DNA from: an uncultured Myxococcales bacterium
Lineage (GTDB): Bacteria > Myxococcota > Kuafuiibacteriia > Kuafuiibacteriales > Kuafuiibacteriaceae
Direction of reading: 5' to 3'
DNA: 64,000 nt
NCBI GenBank assembly: GCA_964473255.1
Contig: CAYYOT010000018.1
Coordinates: 1,153 to 65,152, forward strand
In this document: piece by piece, positions 50,486 to 60,345 of the stretch
How the letters are laid out: every line of letters begins with the position of its first letter
Position numbering within the stretch: the stretch's first letter is position 1
Program-made: the position numbers and the translations under genes
The notes under the pieces: model-generated
The model's database searches: none
Told to the model about the DNA's origin: nothing
Seen by the model: only the letters and a program-made list of their open reading frames with translations

Positions 50486-51224
50486 CGAGCCCCCCATCGA
50501 CGTCCAGGCACCGACCGTTGAAGTAGTCGCACTCCACGATGAAACGCACCGCCTGCCACACGTCGTGGGGCTGTCCGATGCGTCCAACCGGTACCCGGGC
50601 GATGAGGGCGTCTTTGGCCTTTTGGTTCATGCCCCGAGTCATGGGGGTCTCGATCACCCCCGGAGCGATCGCGGCAACCCGAACCCCGAAGGGCGCAAAC
50701 TCTCGGGCCCAGGTGACGGTATTGGCGGCCAAGGCCGCCTTCGCCGCCACGTAGTTGCTCTGCCCCCGGTTTCCTTGGCGCGCCACCGACGACATGTTGA
50801 TGACGACACCCGGACGACGGCCCGACCGGGCCATCGCCGCGACGACCTCGCGGACCATGTATGTGGCTCCGGATAGGTTCACGTCGATCACGGCTTGCCA
50901 GAGGTCGTCGGCCAGGGTCGTGACTTCACCCGTCGTTCGGTCGCGCTTCACCAGGAGGCCGTCGCGAATCACTCCCGCATTGTTGACGAGGGCGTTCACG
51001 CCTCCGAGCTCCCGATCGGCCCAAGCTACGAAGGCCCGGCAGGCCTCCGGGTCGGCCACGTCCAGTCGTCGGGTCGCGATCCCCTGCGAGCGTGAAGCGA
51101 GCGCGGCTTCGTCGATGTCTCCTGCTGCGACGCGCGCGCCCGCCCCGTGCAGCTCTTCGGCGAACGTGGCTCCCAAGCCCGACGCCGCCCCGGTGACGAT
51201 GACGCTTAGCTCATTTAGCTCCAT
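50478..51224 (-). CDS. FabG-like SDR (3-oxoacyl-ACP reductase family)
   Basis: TGAASGLG, NNAGVIRDGLLVK, GQSNYVAAK. Confidence 0.88.
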   Translation of the reverse strand: MELNELSVIVTGAASGLGATFAEELHGAGARVAAGDIDEAALASRSQGIATRRLDVADPEACRAFVAWADRELGGVNALVNNAGVIRDGLLVKRDRTTGEVTTLADDLWQAVIDVNLSGATYMVREVVAAMARSGRRPGVVINMSSVARQGNRGQSNYVAAKAALAANTVTWAREFAPFGVRVAAIAPGVIETPMTRGMNQKAKDALIARVPVGRIGQPHDVWQAVRFIVECDYFNGRCLDVDGGLVM

Positions 51225-51458
51225 GGGCTACCTTCATACCGGTCCCGAGCCGCCCTGGACCAGAGTGCGTCGCCTCCGCCCAATCCAACGGTGGTTGCCT
51301 CACTTTCCTGTCCTACCAGTGCGCTCCGGTCCCCGTGATCCGGAAGATGATGCTAAGGCCCGACGCGGGCCCTGCCCTGTGAACCGAAGCGTGGGCGACG
51401 GTCACGCCGACCGAGTGCGCTCCCACACTCGCAAACTGCATCGTGTCTTCGATTCGGC

Positions 51459-52703
51459 TCAGTAGAGGATTCGGGTTCGAATGACGCCGTCGATCCGGTC
51501 GAGCTTCGCCTTCAGCGGTGTGCCGTCGTGGTCGACGTCAACCACGACATACCCCAAGTGTTCGCTCGTCCGAAGGTACTGACCAATGACGTTGGCCTTG
51601 TCATCGCTGAAGGTCCGGTTGAGCTCGGTGAGCACGCCCGGCTGGTTTCGGTGGATGTTGAGGATGCGGTGGGCGTTTTCTTTCACGGGAAGACTGATGT
51701 TCGGAAAGTTCACCGCACCGATCGTCGAGCCTTCATCGCTATAGGCCTGAAGCTTGGTCGACACCTCGGTCCCGATGTTCTGCTGAGCCTCGACGGTGCT
51801 GCCTCCGATGTGGGGAGTGAGAATGACGTTCGGCAAGCCCTGCAAGGGGCTTTCGAACGCTTCGTCGTTCGACTTGGGCTCGGCGGGAAACACGTCGACC
51901 GCGGCTCCGAGTAGGTGCCCGCTCCGCAGCGATTCGGCCAGCGCTTCGATCACGACGACGTTGCCGCGGCTGAGATTCAGCAAGCACGAGCCCGGCTTCA
52001 TCTGAGCGATCCGCGCACCGTCCATCATGTTGGCGGTATCCGGTGCTTGCGGGACGTGCAGGGTGACGAAGTCGCACTGCGGCAGGAGCTCGTCGAGGCT
52101 CCGCACCTGACGGGCGTTGCCCATGGGAAGCTTCGGTTGAATGTCGTAGAAGAGCACCTTCAGGCCGAAGGCCTCGGCCAGGATCGATACCTGAGAGCCG
52201 ATGTGCCCGTAGCCTATGATCCCCAAGGTACGCCCGCGAAGCTCGTGGCTGTTCTTCGCGGACTTGGTCCATTTCGCGCGGTGGGCGGCGGTGTTCTTGT
52301 CGCCGATGCCGCGAAACAGCATCACCATCTCCGCCAGAACCAACTCGGCCACGCTCCGCGTGTTGGAATGCGGAGCATTGAACACTGGGATCCCGAGCTT
52401 GGCCGCGTCATCCAGCGCCACTTGGTTGGTGCCGATGCAGAAGCATCCGATCGCCATGAGCCGAGGCGCCTTTCGCAGGACCTCGGCCGTGAGCTGCGTC
52501 CGCGAACGAACACCCACCATGTGCGCTGGCTCCAGCGCTTGGACCAGGTCCTCGCCGACGAGCGACGTGCCGAGACGACGAACGTTCGTGTACCCATGGG
52601 CGGCGAGGTTCTCAACCGCCTTATCGTGGATGCCTTCGAGGAGCAGGATGTGAATCTTCTCTTTGGGGAAGGACAACGCCTGTCGCGACATGGGATCCTT
52701 CAA
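51459..52703 (-). CDS. serA: D-3-phosphoglycerate dehydrogenase (E. coli type with ACT domain)
   Basis: KIHILLLEGIH, GCFCIGTNQV, NTRSVAE, GYGHIG, TPHIGGST, IHRNQPGVL; TTG 52703 or ATG 52691 start. Confidence 0.96.
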   Translation of the reverse strand: MKDPMSRQALSFPKEKIHILLLEGIHDKAVENLAAHGYTNVRRLGTSLVGEDLVQALEPAHMVGVRSRTQLTAEVLRKAPRLMAIGCFCIGTNQVALDDAAKLGIPVFNAPHSNTRSVAELVLAEMVMLFRGIGDKNTAAHRAKWTKSAKNSHELRGRTLGIIGYGHIGSQVSILAEAFGLKVLFYDIQPKLPMGNARQVRSLDELLPQCDFVTLHVPQAPDTANMMDGARIAQMKPGSCLLNLSRGNVVVIEALAESLRSGHLLGAAVDVFPAEPKSNDEAFESPLQGLPNVILTPHIGGSTVEAQQNIGTEVSTKLQAYSDEGSTIGAVNFPNISLPVKENAHRILNIHRNQPGVLTELNRTFSDDKANVIGQYLRTSEHLGYVVVDVDHDGTPLKAKLDRIDGVIRTRILY

Positions 52704-54094
52704 TCGAAGATCTTGCCCGGGTTCAAGCGAAGGTTGGGGTCGAAGGCCCGTTTGATGTTCCGGAACGCAACCAGCTCGGCCGGCGCGCGACTGAATCGAA
52801 GGAAGGGCTTCTTGAGCAGGCCGATGCCGTGCTCCGCCGAGATGCTCCCGCCGTGCCGGCGGACCAGCTCGAACAGAACCTCGTCCGTTCCGTGGCAGGC
52901 CTCGAAAAACGCCTCCGCCTCGAGATCTTCGGGTTTCATGACGTTGATGTGGACGTTGCCGTCACCGACGTGTCCGAAGAGGTAGACACCAAACTCCGGG
53001 TATCTCGCGGCCAGCGTGGCCTGGAGTTCGCCGACGAACGACGGAAGACCGGCGACCGGAATCGAAACATCGTTTTTATGCAGGAGGCCGGCTCGGGCCA
53101 AGGATTCACTGATCGACTCCCGGAGGGCCCAGAGCTCCCGCGAGCGCGCCGCGGACTCGGCGAGCACACCGTCTCGAACCAACCCGTCGGCAACGACCTG
53201 CTCCATCCAGGCATCGACGGAGGACCACCCCGCCGGCGCCTCGAGCTCGACCAGCACGTACGCCGGATGATCGTCGGAAAACGGTGAGGTCGCGGCACCC
53301 TCCTCCTCGACCACCCGCCGACAGGCATCACTCAAGAACTCGAAAGCCAGCAGCACCGGCCCCTCGGCCTGACGGACGGAGCGGTAGAGCTCGAGCGCTC
53401 GCTGGAGCGTCTCCACGCCGAAGAGGGCAACACGCGTCTCTCTCGGGGGACGCTCGAGCTTGAGGGTGGCAGCCGTGATCACGCCCAAGGTGCCTTCGCT
53501 TCCGATGAAGAGCTGGCGCAGGTCGAACCCCGTGTTGTTCTTCTCGAGAGCGCCGTTCAGTTGCAGCAACTCTCCGGAGACCGTGACGACCTCGAGACCC
53601 AAAACCCAGTGGCGTGTGGTCCCGTACCGCACCACTCGGATCCCGCCGGCATTGGTGGCGATGTTGCCCCCGATCTGGCTCGAGCCGGACGACGCAAAAT
53701 CGACGGGCCACGTGAGATCGTCGGGCTCGACGTGGGCGTGTACCGCCTTCGTGACCGCGCCGGCCTCCACCCGCACCGAGCGCCCGATCGCGTCGACCGG
53801 CCCGAGCTTCCGCATGCGCTCGAGGGAAAGCACGATTTCGCCATTCGCAGCGACGGCTCACCCGGCGAGACCGGTGCGGCCTCCGGAAGGAACAACGGCG
53901 ACTCCGTGGGTGTCGGCGAGGACGAGAAAGCGCCGGACATCTTCTGCCGAGCGCGGAAAGACGACCGCCGTCGGGGCGGGGGCGACGACGCGGGTCCAGT
54001 CTCGACCGTAAGCGTCGAGGTCTGTGGGCTCGGTAGAGACGAAACCTCGGTCGAAATCCGACTCGAGGATGCGCAGGAGCTCGGGCGCCGTCAT
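52700..54094 (-). pseudogene. FAD-linked oxidase, D-2-hydroxyglutarate/D-lactate dehydrogenase-like, with one in-frame TGA at 53858-53860
   Basis: Continuous frame YGRDWT...PSGGRTGLAG*AVAANGEIVLSLERM...GGNIATNAGG, GSEGTLG, FGHVGDGNVH, SAEHGIG, LNPGK. Confidence 0.85.
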
Positions 54095-54099
54095 GTCCG

Positions 54100-54942
54100 T
54101 CAAGCAGGCTTCTTGAAGTGCATGATTCCCCAGGCGAGGTGCCCCGCTCGGCCGGCGTCGATCCAGTGCTGAAGCCCCGTCTTCATGTTCTCGAGGTAGG
54201 CCTCGGAGCACGTCTCGAGCAAGTCTTCGTAGCGTTTCTCGAGCTCCTGCTTCACGCGAGCATAGTGGCGAGGAAGCTGCTCCGACAACGCTTGGATCTC
54301 AACTTCTACCAGCCCCGCGGCCGAAGCGAGGTCGCGGTACATCCGAAATGAACCCATCGCGTCCAAGTGGATTCTCGCCAGAACCGGCCCGAGGACGTCG
54401 GGCGGGCAATCGTCGGCCTGCATGGGATCAGTGAAGATGAAGTCTCCACCCGGCGCGAGCACGCGAGCGATCTCGGAGATGACGCGGGGTTTGTCGCCGC
54501 TATGAAGGATTGCGTCCTGACACCACACCACGTCGAACGACGCGTCCTCCACGGGAATGCTTTCGAACGCCCCATCGACCACCGCTATTCGCTCGTTCAG
54601 ACCGGCTTCGCGATTCAACGCTCGCGCGCGCTCGTTCTGAGCCGTGCTGAGGTTCAGGCAAACCACGTTTTGAAGGTCGAAGGCTCGGGCCAAGCGCCGG
54701 GCCGCCCCTCCGTACCCCGAACCCACATCGAGGAGTCGCGTCGATGAATCGAGGCTGAGCCGCGCCGCCATGGCGTCCACCGTTCGTCGACTGGCCTCGA
54801 AGATCGGCTCTTCGAGCGACTCGTATAGGCCGACGTGGATGTCTTCGCCACCCCAGATCCGGAAGTAAAAGTTGTCGGCGTCGCCGCTGTCGTAATAGTC
54901 GCGGGCAATTTTCACGACTTCGGAGCTGTGCTCGATCGTCAT
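54100..54942 (-). CDS. sdmt: Sarcosine/dimethylglycine N-methyltransferase
   Basis: YYDSGDADNFYFRIWGGEDIHVGLY, DVGSGYGGAAR, WCQDAILHS, MKTGLQHW...LAWG. Confidence 0.9.
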   Translation of the reverse strand: MTIEHSSEVVKIARDYYDSGDADNFYFRIWGGEDIHVGLYESLEEPIFEASRRTVDAMAARLSLDSSTRLLDVGSGYGGAARRLARAFDLQNVVCLNLSTAQNERARALNREAGLNERIAVVDGAFESIPVEDASFDVVWCQDAILHSGDKPRVISEIARVLAPGGDFIFTDPMQADDCPPDVLGPVLARIHLDAMGSFRMYRDLASAAGLVEVEIQALSEQLPRHYARVKQELEKRYEDLLETCSEAYLENMKTGLQHWIDAGRAGHLAWGIMHFKKPA

Positions 54943-54946
54943 CGGT

Positions 54947-55774
54947 CTACTCGTCCGGATGGTACTCTTCGTCCGGAATGTACTTCTTGGAGGCCACGTG
55001 GATCCAGAAGTCCGGGTTTTCGGACCGGTGCGTCTCTTGGAAGTCGCCGAACGTCTTCACATCTTGAAAGCCTACTTCGTAAAGAAGCCTCCTCACGTAG
55101 TTTCTGCGAAGCGGGTACATGTTCAAGTGGTATTCCGAATTATCGGGGAATCGATAAACGAAGCGCGCCAGACCTTCGTCGACGTACTCGGGCTCGGCTT
55201 CGACGTTGTCGCCGCAATAGTAGTACTTGTGAGTGGGCTGTGTTCCCGAATCCAGGATCGCGTCGTAGTTGCGGGAGTCGAGGATGAGGACTCCATCGTG
55301 GCGGAGCGCCGCGTAGAACTCGGCCAGGGCCTTTCGGCGGTCGCGTTCGGAGAAGAGGTGCGTGAATGAATTACCCAGGCAGATGATCGCGTCGTACTTT
55401 CCGTACAGGTCGCGATTTAGCCAGCGCCAGTCGGCGTGGACCGTCTGGAGGACGTGGTTACGTCGGCGACCGTTTTCGAACGCCTTGGCCAACATCTCGG
55501 GACTGCCGTCGACGCTGACGACGGAGAAGCCCGCTTCGATGAGACGGACCGAGTGAAAGCCAGTTCCGGCTGAGACGTCCAACACGCGCTTCTTGTCCAA
55601 GGACCGAAGCGTTCGAATGAAGAAGTCACCTTCACTCTGTGCTCGTGCGTCCCAGTCGATCAGCTCGTCCCACTTGTCGACGAACGCGTGGACATACTCG
55701 TTGGTGTATTGGTCGGTGTTTCGTACTGCCAGAGGGTTACCCTCATAGCGCTGCTTTTCGGTATGATTTTCCAT
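54947..55774 (-). CDS. gsmt: Glycine/sarcosine N-methyltransferase
   Basis: FVDKWDELIDWDARAQSEG, GTGFHS, CLGNSFTHLF, RNYDAILD, YYYCG, HLNMYPLR. Confidence 0.92.
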   Translation of the reverse strand: MENHTEKQRYEGNPLAVRNTDQYTNEYVHAFVDKWDELIDWDARAQSEGDFFIRTLRSLDKKRVLDVSAGTGFHSVRLIEAGFSVVSVDGSPEMLAKAFENGRRRNHVLQTVHADWRWLNRDLYGKYDAIICLGNSFTHLFSERDRRKALAEFYAALRHDGVLILDSRNYDAILDSGTQPTHKYYYCGDNVEAEPEYVDEGLARFVYRFPDNSEYHLNMYPLRRNYVRRLLYEVGFQDVKTFGDFQETHRSENPDFWIHVASKKYIPDEEYHPDE

Positions 55775-55823
55775 GGTCTGAGAGACGCGGTAGAGCCGTG
55801 GTCGGCTGCGCGGCGGAGACAAC

Positions 55824-55852
55824 GCCATACCGGACCGGTCGGCGGGCGTCAA
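55824..55852 (-). promoter_or_regulatory. Putative sigma70 promoter for the gsmt operon
   Basis: Minus strand TTGACG (55847-55852), 17 bp, TATGGC (55824-55829), in the purK-gsmt gap. Confidence 0.6.
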
Positions 55853-55872
55853 AACCTACGGAAGAAACCTGG

Positions 55873-57018
55873 TTAGGGTATCAATTCAGAACGAATGCGC
55901 ATCGCTTCATCGAGCACGTCATCGGCGACCGTGCCGGTGATCGTGAGGTGTCCCATCTTTCGACCGATGCGCGGTTCGCGCTTTCCGTAGAGATGAAGAT
56001 GCGCGTTTGGCACGCGCAACGCTCGGTCGAAACGCGGAAGCACCGCGAACTCTCGATCGCCCGCGAACCAAAGGTCGCCCAAGAGATTCGCCATCGCCGC
56101 CGCTGAAACCCTCATGGATGAGTCCCCGAGCGGGAGATTGCACACCGCGCGCAGCTGCTGCTCGAACTGACTCGCACCGGCGGCCTCGATGGTGAGGTGA
56201 CCCGAGTTGTGCGGCCGCGGGGCGAGCTCGTTCACCAGGACGTCGCCGTCGGGGAGTACGAACATCTCGACGCACAACACTCCGACCAACCCCAAGGTCT
56301 CGGCTACGCCCGTCGCTATCGCCTGGGTGAGCTCCAGCGTCGTGGGCGGAAATCGGGCCGGGCACACGGTCAAGTCCAGAATGTGGTTGGCGTGGCGATT
56401 CTCGAACGTATCGAAGGCGACGCAGGATCCGTCCTGCGTTCGCGCCACGACCACGGAAAGCTCGGCCGCGAAGTCGACTCTTCGCTCGAGGATCGCTCGG
56501 TCGGTCCCGAGGCGCGACCACGCTTCTTCGGAGGCCTCGTCGCCCCTCAGCATCAGCTGACCCTTTCCGTCGTATCCGGACCGGGCAGTCTTGAGGACGC
56601 TCGCTCCGAGCGCCGCCAGCCCCGCCCCGAGCTCTTTCGCCGAGTGGATCTCGCGATATTCGGTCACGGGGAAGCCGGCCGACCTGAGCTCGGATTTTTC
56701 GCGCAGGCGGTCCTGCGCGATTTCAAGGATCCTCGAAGAAGGATGGGTAGGTAGTCGGTCGGCACACCGCTCGGCGGTCGCCGCGGGGACGTTTTCGAAT
56801 TCGTAGGTCACCACGTCGACGGAATCAATGAAGGCGTCGAGCTGCTCGAAGTCGAGATAGTCGGCGACGAAGGCTCGATCGGATACCGCCTCGGTCGGCG
56901 ATCCCGCCTCGGGGGAGTACACGTCGACACCATAGCCGAGGCGTCGCGCCTCATAAGCGAGCATGCGTCCCAGTTGACCGCTGCCCAGAATGCCAACGCG
57001 CTGACCGGGAAGGATCAC
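55873..57018 (-). CDS. purK: N5-carboxyaminoimidazole ribonucleotide synthase
   Basis: [43 protein letters not shown]; GTG 57018 overlaps the purE stop. Confidence 0.96.
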   Translation of the reverse strand: MILPGQRVGILGSGQLGRMLAYEARRLGYGVDVYSPEAGSPTEAVSDRAFVADYLDFEQLDAFIDSVDVVTYEFENVPAATAERCADRLPTHPSSRILEIAQDRLREKSELRSAGFPVTEYREIHSAKELGAGLAALGASVLKTARSGYDGKGQLMLRGDEASEEAWSRLGTDRAILERRVDFAAELSVVVARTQDGSCVAFDTFENRHANHILDLTVCPARFPPTTLELTQAIATGVAETLGLVGVLCVEMFVLPDGDVLVNELAPRPHNSGHLTIEAAGASQFEQQLRAVCNLPLGDSSMRVSAAAMANLLGDLWFAGDREFAVLPRFDRALRVPNAHLHLYGKREPRIGRKMGHLTITGTVADDVLDEAMRIRSELIP

Positions 57019-57521
57019 GGAAGCTGCTCCTGGCGCACCGCGCTCCGCCGGGCCGCACGATAGGACTCGATGGCCTCCCCCAGCTCCGGGAACGAGGCAG
57101 CCAACATGGCGGCGGCATACAGTGCCGCGTTGATCGCCCCCGCTCGACCGATGGCCATCGTCCCCACCGGAACTCCGGCCGGCATCTGATTGATGGACAA
57201 CAGCGAATCGAGGCCGTTCAGCGCTCGACTCTGAATCGGCACTCCGATCACCGGGAGGATGGTTTCGCTCGCGATCATGCCGGGAAGATGAGCCGCGCCG
57301 CCGGCACCTGCAATGATCACTCGAAGGCCCCGGTCCTTGGCCTGCTGACCATAGGCCATCATGTCGCCGGGAGTCCGGTGGGCAGAGACGACGCGACACT
57401 CGTGGGGAATCTCGAGGGATTCGAGAGTCTTGTGGGCGTCGACCATGGCGGGCTCCCAGTCACTCTTGGAACCCATGATCACGCCCACGAGAGGATGGTC
57501 CACGTCGGCCAGACGAGTCAC
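57015..57521 (-). CDS. purE: N5-CAIR mutase
   Basis: [35 protein letters not shown]. Confidence 0.97.
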   Translation of the reverse strand: MTRLADVDHPLVGVIMGSKSDWEPAMVDAHKTLESLEIPHECRVVSAHRTPGDMMAYGQQAKDRGLRVIIAGAGGAAHLPGMIASETILPVIGVPIQSRALNGLDSLLSINQMPAGVPVGTMAIGRAGAINAALYAAAMLAASFPELGEAIESYRAARRSAVRQEQLP

Positions 57522-57594
57522 CGGTCGACTGTTGCGTCATGCTTGGAGGGATTCAAGTCGAAATCCCGAAGCCCGACGATTCGACGACGAAAAG

Positions 57595-58977
57595 TCATAG
57601 ATACGGAGCGAAGAGACGGGCGATACCGTCCCGGAACCGGACGGAGAAGCTCCGTTCGCGCCATTCGGCGGCCGTCATCCTCCGCGAAGCAGCGCGACGG
57701 GCATCGAACTCGGCGGCCAGACTGCCGGCCAGGCCACGGTCGTAGACCTCGACGTTCAGCTCGAAGTTGAGACGGAGCGACCGCGGATCCCAGTTCCCGG
57801 ATCCGATCAACGTCCAGCCATCATCGACGATCATGAGCTTGGAGTGATCGAAGGGTGGCGGCGAAAGCCACACTCGACACGGAGACTCCAGCACGGGGAG
57901 AAGCTGGCCCCACATCGCCCACTGTACGAAACGCAGGTTGCTGCGCTCGGGCAGCACCACGTCGACCTCGACTCCACGATGCGACGCGACTTCGAGCGCC
58001 GTCCGGATGGAGTCGTCGGGAAGAAAATACGGAGTCAAGATGCGAACCGAACGCTTCGCTGCGGCCAGGCCGGCGAGGATGGCCCAGCGGAGGCGGTCGT
58101 GATCCTCGTCGGGTCCGTCGGCGATCGTCCGGGCAACCGAAGCCCCCGAAGGCCTGGCCGCATCCGCCCAGGCCGGTCCGGTCAGCTCTTCTTTGGTGGT
58201 GAACCACCAATCCTCGGCGAAGACCTGGAAGATCTGGCGCACGACCGGACCGTCGACACGAAAGTGGATGTCTCGGACCGGATCACGAGGGCGCGCCTTC
58301 AATCGATGGCCTTGGCGAATGTTCATGCCTCCGGTGAAGGCCATTCTCCCGTCGACGACCAACGCCTTCCGATGGGTCCGGAGATTGACGTACGGAGCTC
58401 GGGAGAAGACGGCGGGCATGAATCGGGCATGGGGAACGCCTCTTCGTCGAAGATCGCTGAGAACCGAAGGACGAGAGTAGCGAAGTCCCGCATCATCGAC
58501 GAGCACCCGCACCTCGAGACCGCGCTGATGGGCTCGAGCCAATGCTTCGACGAACTCCTTTCCCGTCTCGTCGCGGTCGAAGATGTACGTCATCAACGCC
58601 AGCGATCGTCGGGCCTCTTCGATCGCCTCCAGCATGGCCGGATAGGCTTCTTCACCATCGATCAGGGGGAGGAACCGGTTGTGCTCCACCCGCGTGAAAC
58701 GGCAGACCGTATCGAGCGCTCGGGCCAGCGAGTCGAACTCGGGCAGGGGCTCCACGCTCGGCCGGTCGACGGCCTCCGCGGGAAGCGCCGTCCTGTGCGA
58801 CGCCCGCAGGCGCGCGGCGCGACGGCGGATGCGGTTGATCCCGAAGACAAGGTACAGGAGCGGCCCCAACCCTGGAGCCAGCCAGATGACGCCGACCCAC
58901 CCGAGCGCCCCGCGCTCGTCGCGCTTGGTCATGACCACGTGGGCCGAGGCGAGGAGCGCCGCGGACAGCGTGGCCAC
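57595..58977 (-). CDS. cls: Cardiolipin synthase (PLD family)
   Basis: Two HKD motifs (HRKALVVD, HSKLMIVD) and N-terminal PLDc_N TMs; the frame stays open upstream, so the true start may be slightly earlier. Confidence 0.9.
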   Translation of the reverse strand: MATLSAALLASAHVVMTKRDERGALGWVGVIWLAPGLGPLLYLVFGINRIRRRAARLRASHRTALPAEAVDRPSVEPLPEFDSLARALDTVCRFTRVEHNRFLPLIDGEEAYPAMLEAIEEARRSLALMTYIFDRDETGKEFVEALARAHQRGLEVRVLVDDAGLRYSRPSVLSDLRRRGVPHARFMPAVFSRAPYVNLRTHRKALVVDGRMAFTGGMNIRQGHRLKARPRDPVRDIHFRVDGPVVRQIFQVFAEDWWFTTKEELTGPAWADAARPSGASVARTIADGPDEDHDRLRWAILAGLAAAKRSVRILTPYFLPDDSIRTALEVASHRGVEVDVVLPERSNLRFVQWAMWGQLLPVLESPCRVWLSPPPFDHSKLMIVDDGWTLIGSGNWDPRSLRLNFELNVEVYDRGLAGSLAAEFDARRAASRRMTAAEWRERSFSVRFRDGIARLFAPYL

Positions 58978-59044
58978 CGCGGCGGTCGCGGTGACCCAAT
59001 GCGGCTCGATGTCGAGGAGAAGCAGGGGTCGACCCGTGGGCGGC

Positions 59045-59818
59045 TCAGCTCGCGTCGTGGAACTTTATGCCGCAGCCGAGGGCCTTGGTCTCGGGCACCG
59101 AGATGGGCCTGCCGGCCACCAGCTCGGTCAGCGCGTCCTTTAAGTACGTCTTGGTCACCTGCTCGGGGTCCTGCGCGTTATCGTCGATCGTCCCGTGATA
59201 GACGAGCCTCTGGTCGGCATCGAACAGGAAGACCTCGGGTGTTTTGTCTGCGCCAAAGGCGCGCGCCACCGACGAGCCGGAGTCGATCACGTAGGGATAC
59301 CTCATGCCCTGATGCTCCGCACGCTCCCGCATGCCGTCCGGACCATCGACCTCGTTGGCCCGGGGATCGTTCGAGTTGATGGCAATGACGCCTACCCCTT
59401 GGTCCAAGAAGGCATTGGCCGTCGCGACGACCCGACTCTGCCAAGCCTTCACCCATGGACAGTGATTGCAGGTGAAGATGACGAGGACGCCCTTGTCCTT
59501 GGCGACGGTCGCGATCGAAGTCTCGACTCCGTCGAAGTCCGCCAACACGCGTTCGGCGAGCGGCGCCCGGTCCCCGATGCGAAGGCCGGCGCTCTTCGGG
59601 TCATCGGGCTGAGACGAGGGCTTCGAGCCGGCGTGCTTTGCGTGCTCGGGGTCATCGGGCTGCGACGAGGGCTTCGAGCCAGCGTGCTTTGCGTGCTCGG
59701 GGTCGTCGGGCTGCGACGAGGGCTTCGATCCCGCATGCTGCGGATGCTCGGGTGTGGGGGACTGCTGACAGGCCAGGGCCAGGGCTGCGGTGAGCCCGAG
59801 CGTGGTGGGATTCCTCAT
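59045..59818 (-). CDS. Thioredoxin-like/redoxin lipoprotein with an N-terminal tandem-repeat linker
   Basis: Lipobox LALAC; FTCNHCPWV, AINSND, TPEVFLFD, YHGTIDD, GCGIK; ATGA overlap and GGAG SD. Confidence 0.88.
   Translation of the reverse strand: MRNPTTLGLTAALALACQQSPTPEHPQHAGSKPSSQPDDPEHAKHAGSKPSSQPDDPEHAKHAGSKPSSQPDDPKSAGLRIGDRAPLAERVLADFDGVETSIATVAKDKGVLVIFTCNHCPWVKAWQSRVVATANAFLDQGVGVIAINSNDPRANEVDGPDGMRERAEHQGMRYPYVIDSGSSVARAFGADKTPEVFLFDADQRLVYHGTIDDNAQDPEQVTKTYLKDALTELVAGRPISVPETKALGCGIKFHDAS
59598..59739. repeat. 51-bp intragenic tandem repeat, about 2.8 copies (HAGSKPSSQPDDPEHAK)
   Basis: Units begin at 59598, 59649 and 59700; differences are mostly synonymous. Confidence 0.92.
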
Positions 59819-60345
59819 TGTGTTCTCCTTTGGTGGGCAGGGTTGTCGGTGAGACGGCGAAGGGTTGCCCGCAGGTCGGCCTGCTCCACTTTGCCGAACC
59901 ACGTTTTCACGCGTGCGCCGCGAGCATCGAAGATGAAGGTGGCGGGCATGGCGCCGGACCATTCGGGGGCCAGTGCATCGATGAATTCCTGGTCCGAGCC
60001 CATCTTGAGGTAGCTCGGCAGGTCGGCCTTCTGGGAGCGCAAGAACTCGAGCGTCGCCTCGCGTTCGCTGGGAAAATCGGTGCTCACGAATACGAGGGCG
60101 ACCCCGCGGTCTTCGAAGCTACGAGTGACCGACTGGATGTACGGAAACTCCTCCCGACACGGCCCGCACCAGGTCGCCCAGACGTTCACCAGCGTGAAGT
60201 CGCTGTCGGAGTGGGCGATGCGCTGGACGAGCTCGGCCCCGGTGATCTCGATCAGGACTTCGGGACCCGCGGAGCCCTCGCGGCAACCCACTGCCGCTAC
60301 GACCGCGAGGGTGCAGAGGACCCGCAGGCGGCATGGGGCGCTCAC
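59815..60345 (-). CDS. TlpA-family thiol-disulfide oxidoreductase lipoprotein
   Basis: AAVGC lipobox; VNVWATWCGPCREEFP; MPATFIFD. Confidence 0.9.
   Translation of the reverse strand: MSAPCRLRVLCTLAVVAAVGCREGSAGPEVLIEITGAELVQRIAHSDSDFTLVNVWATWCGPCREEFPYIQSVTRSFEDRGVALVFVSTDFPSEREATLEFLRSQKADLPSYLKMGSDQEFIDALAPEWSGAMPATFIFDARGARVKTWFGKVEQADLRATLRRLTDNPAHQRRTQ

Noticed and set aside
47491-50526. 1011-aa plus-strand ORF
   Set aside because: Antisense shadow of mutA/mutB; Arg/Pro/Gly-rich with no motifs, as expected from stop-codon scarcity in GC-rich DNA.
51225-51458. Intergenic region with AGTGCGCTCC twice and a 42-codon minus-strand ORF
   Set aside because: No recognisable RNA family or coding signal; two 10-mers are too weak to call.
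53858-53860. Selenocysteine or alternative genetic code (TGA=Gly)
   Set aside because: The aligned residue is Gly, not Cys, and most genes in the window use TGA as a true stop.
59598-59739. CRISPR-like repeat array
   Set aside because: Head-to-tail in-frame coding repeats with no unique spacers and no cas genes.
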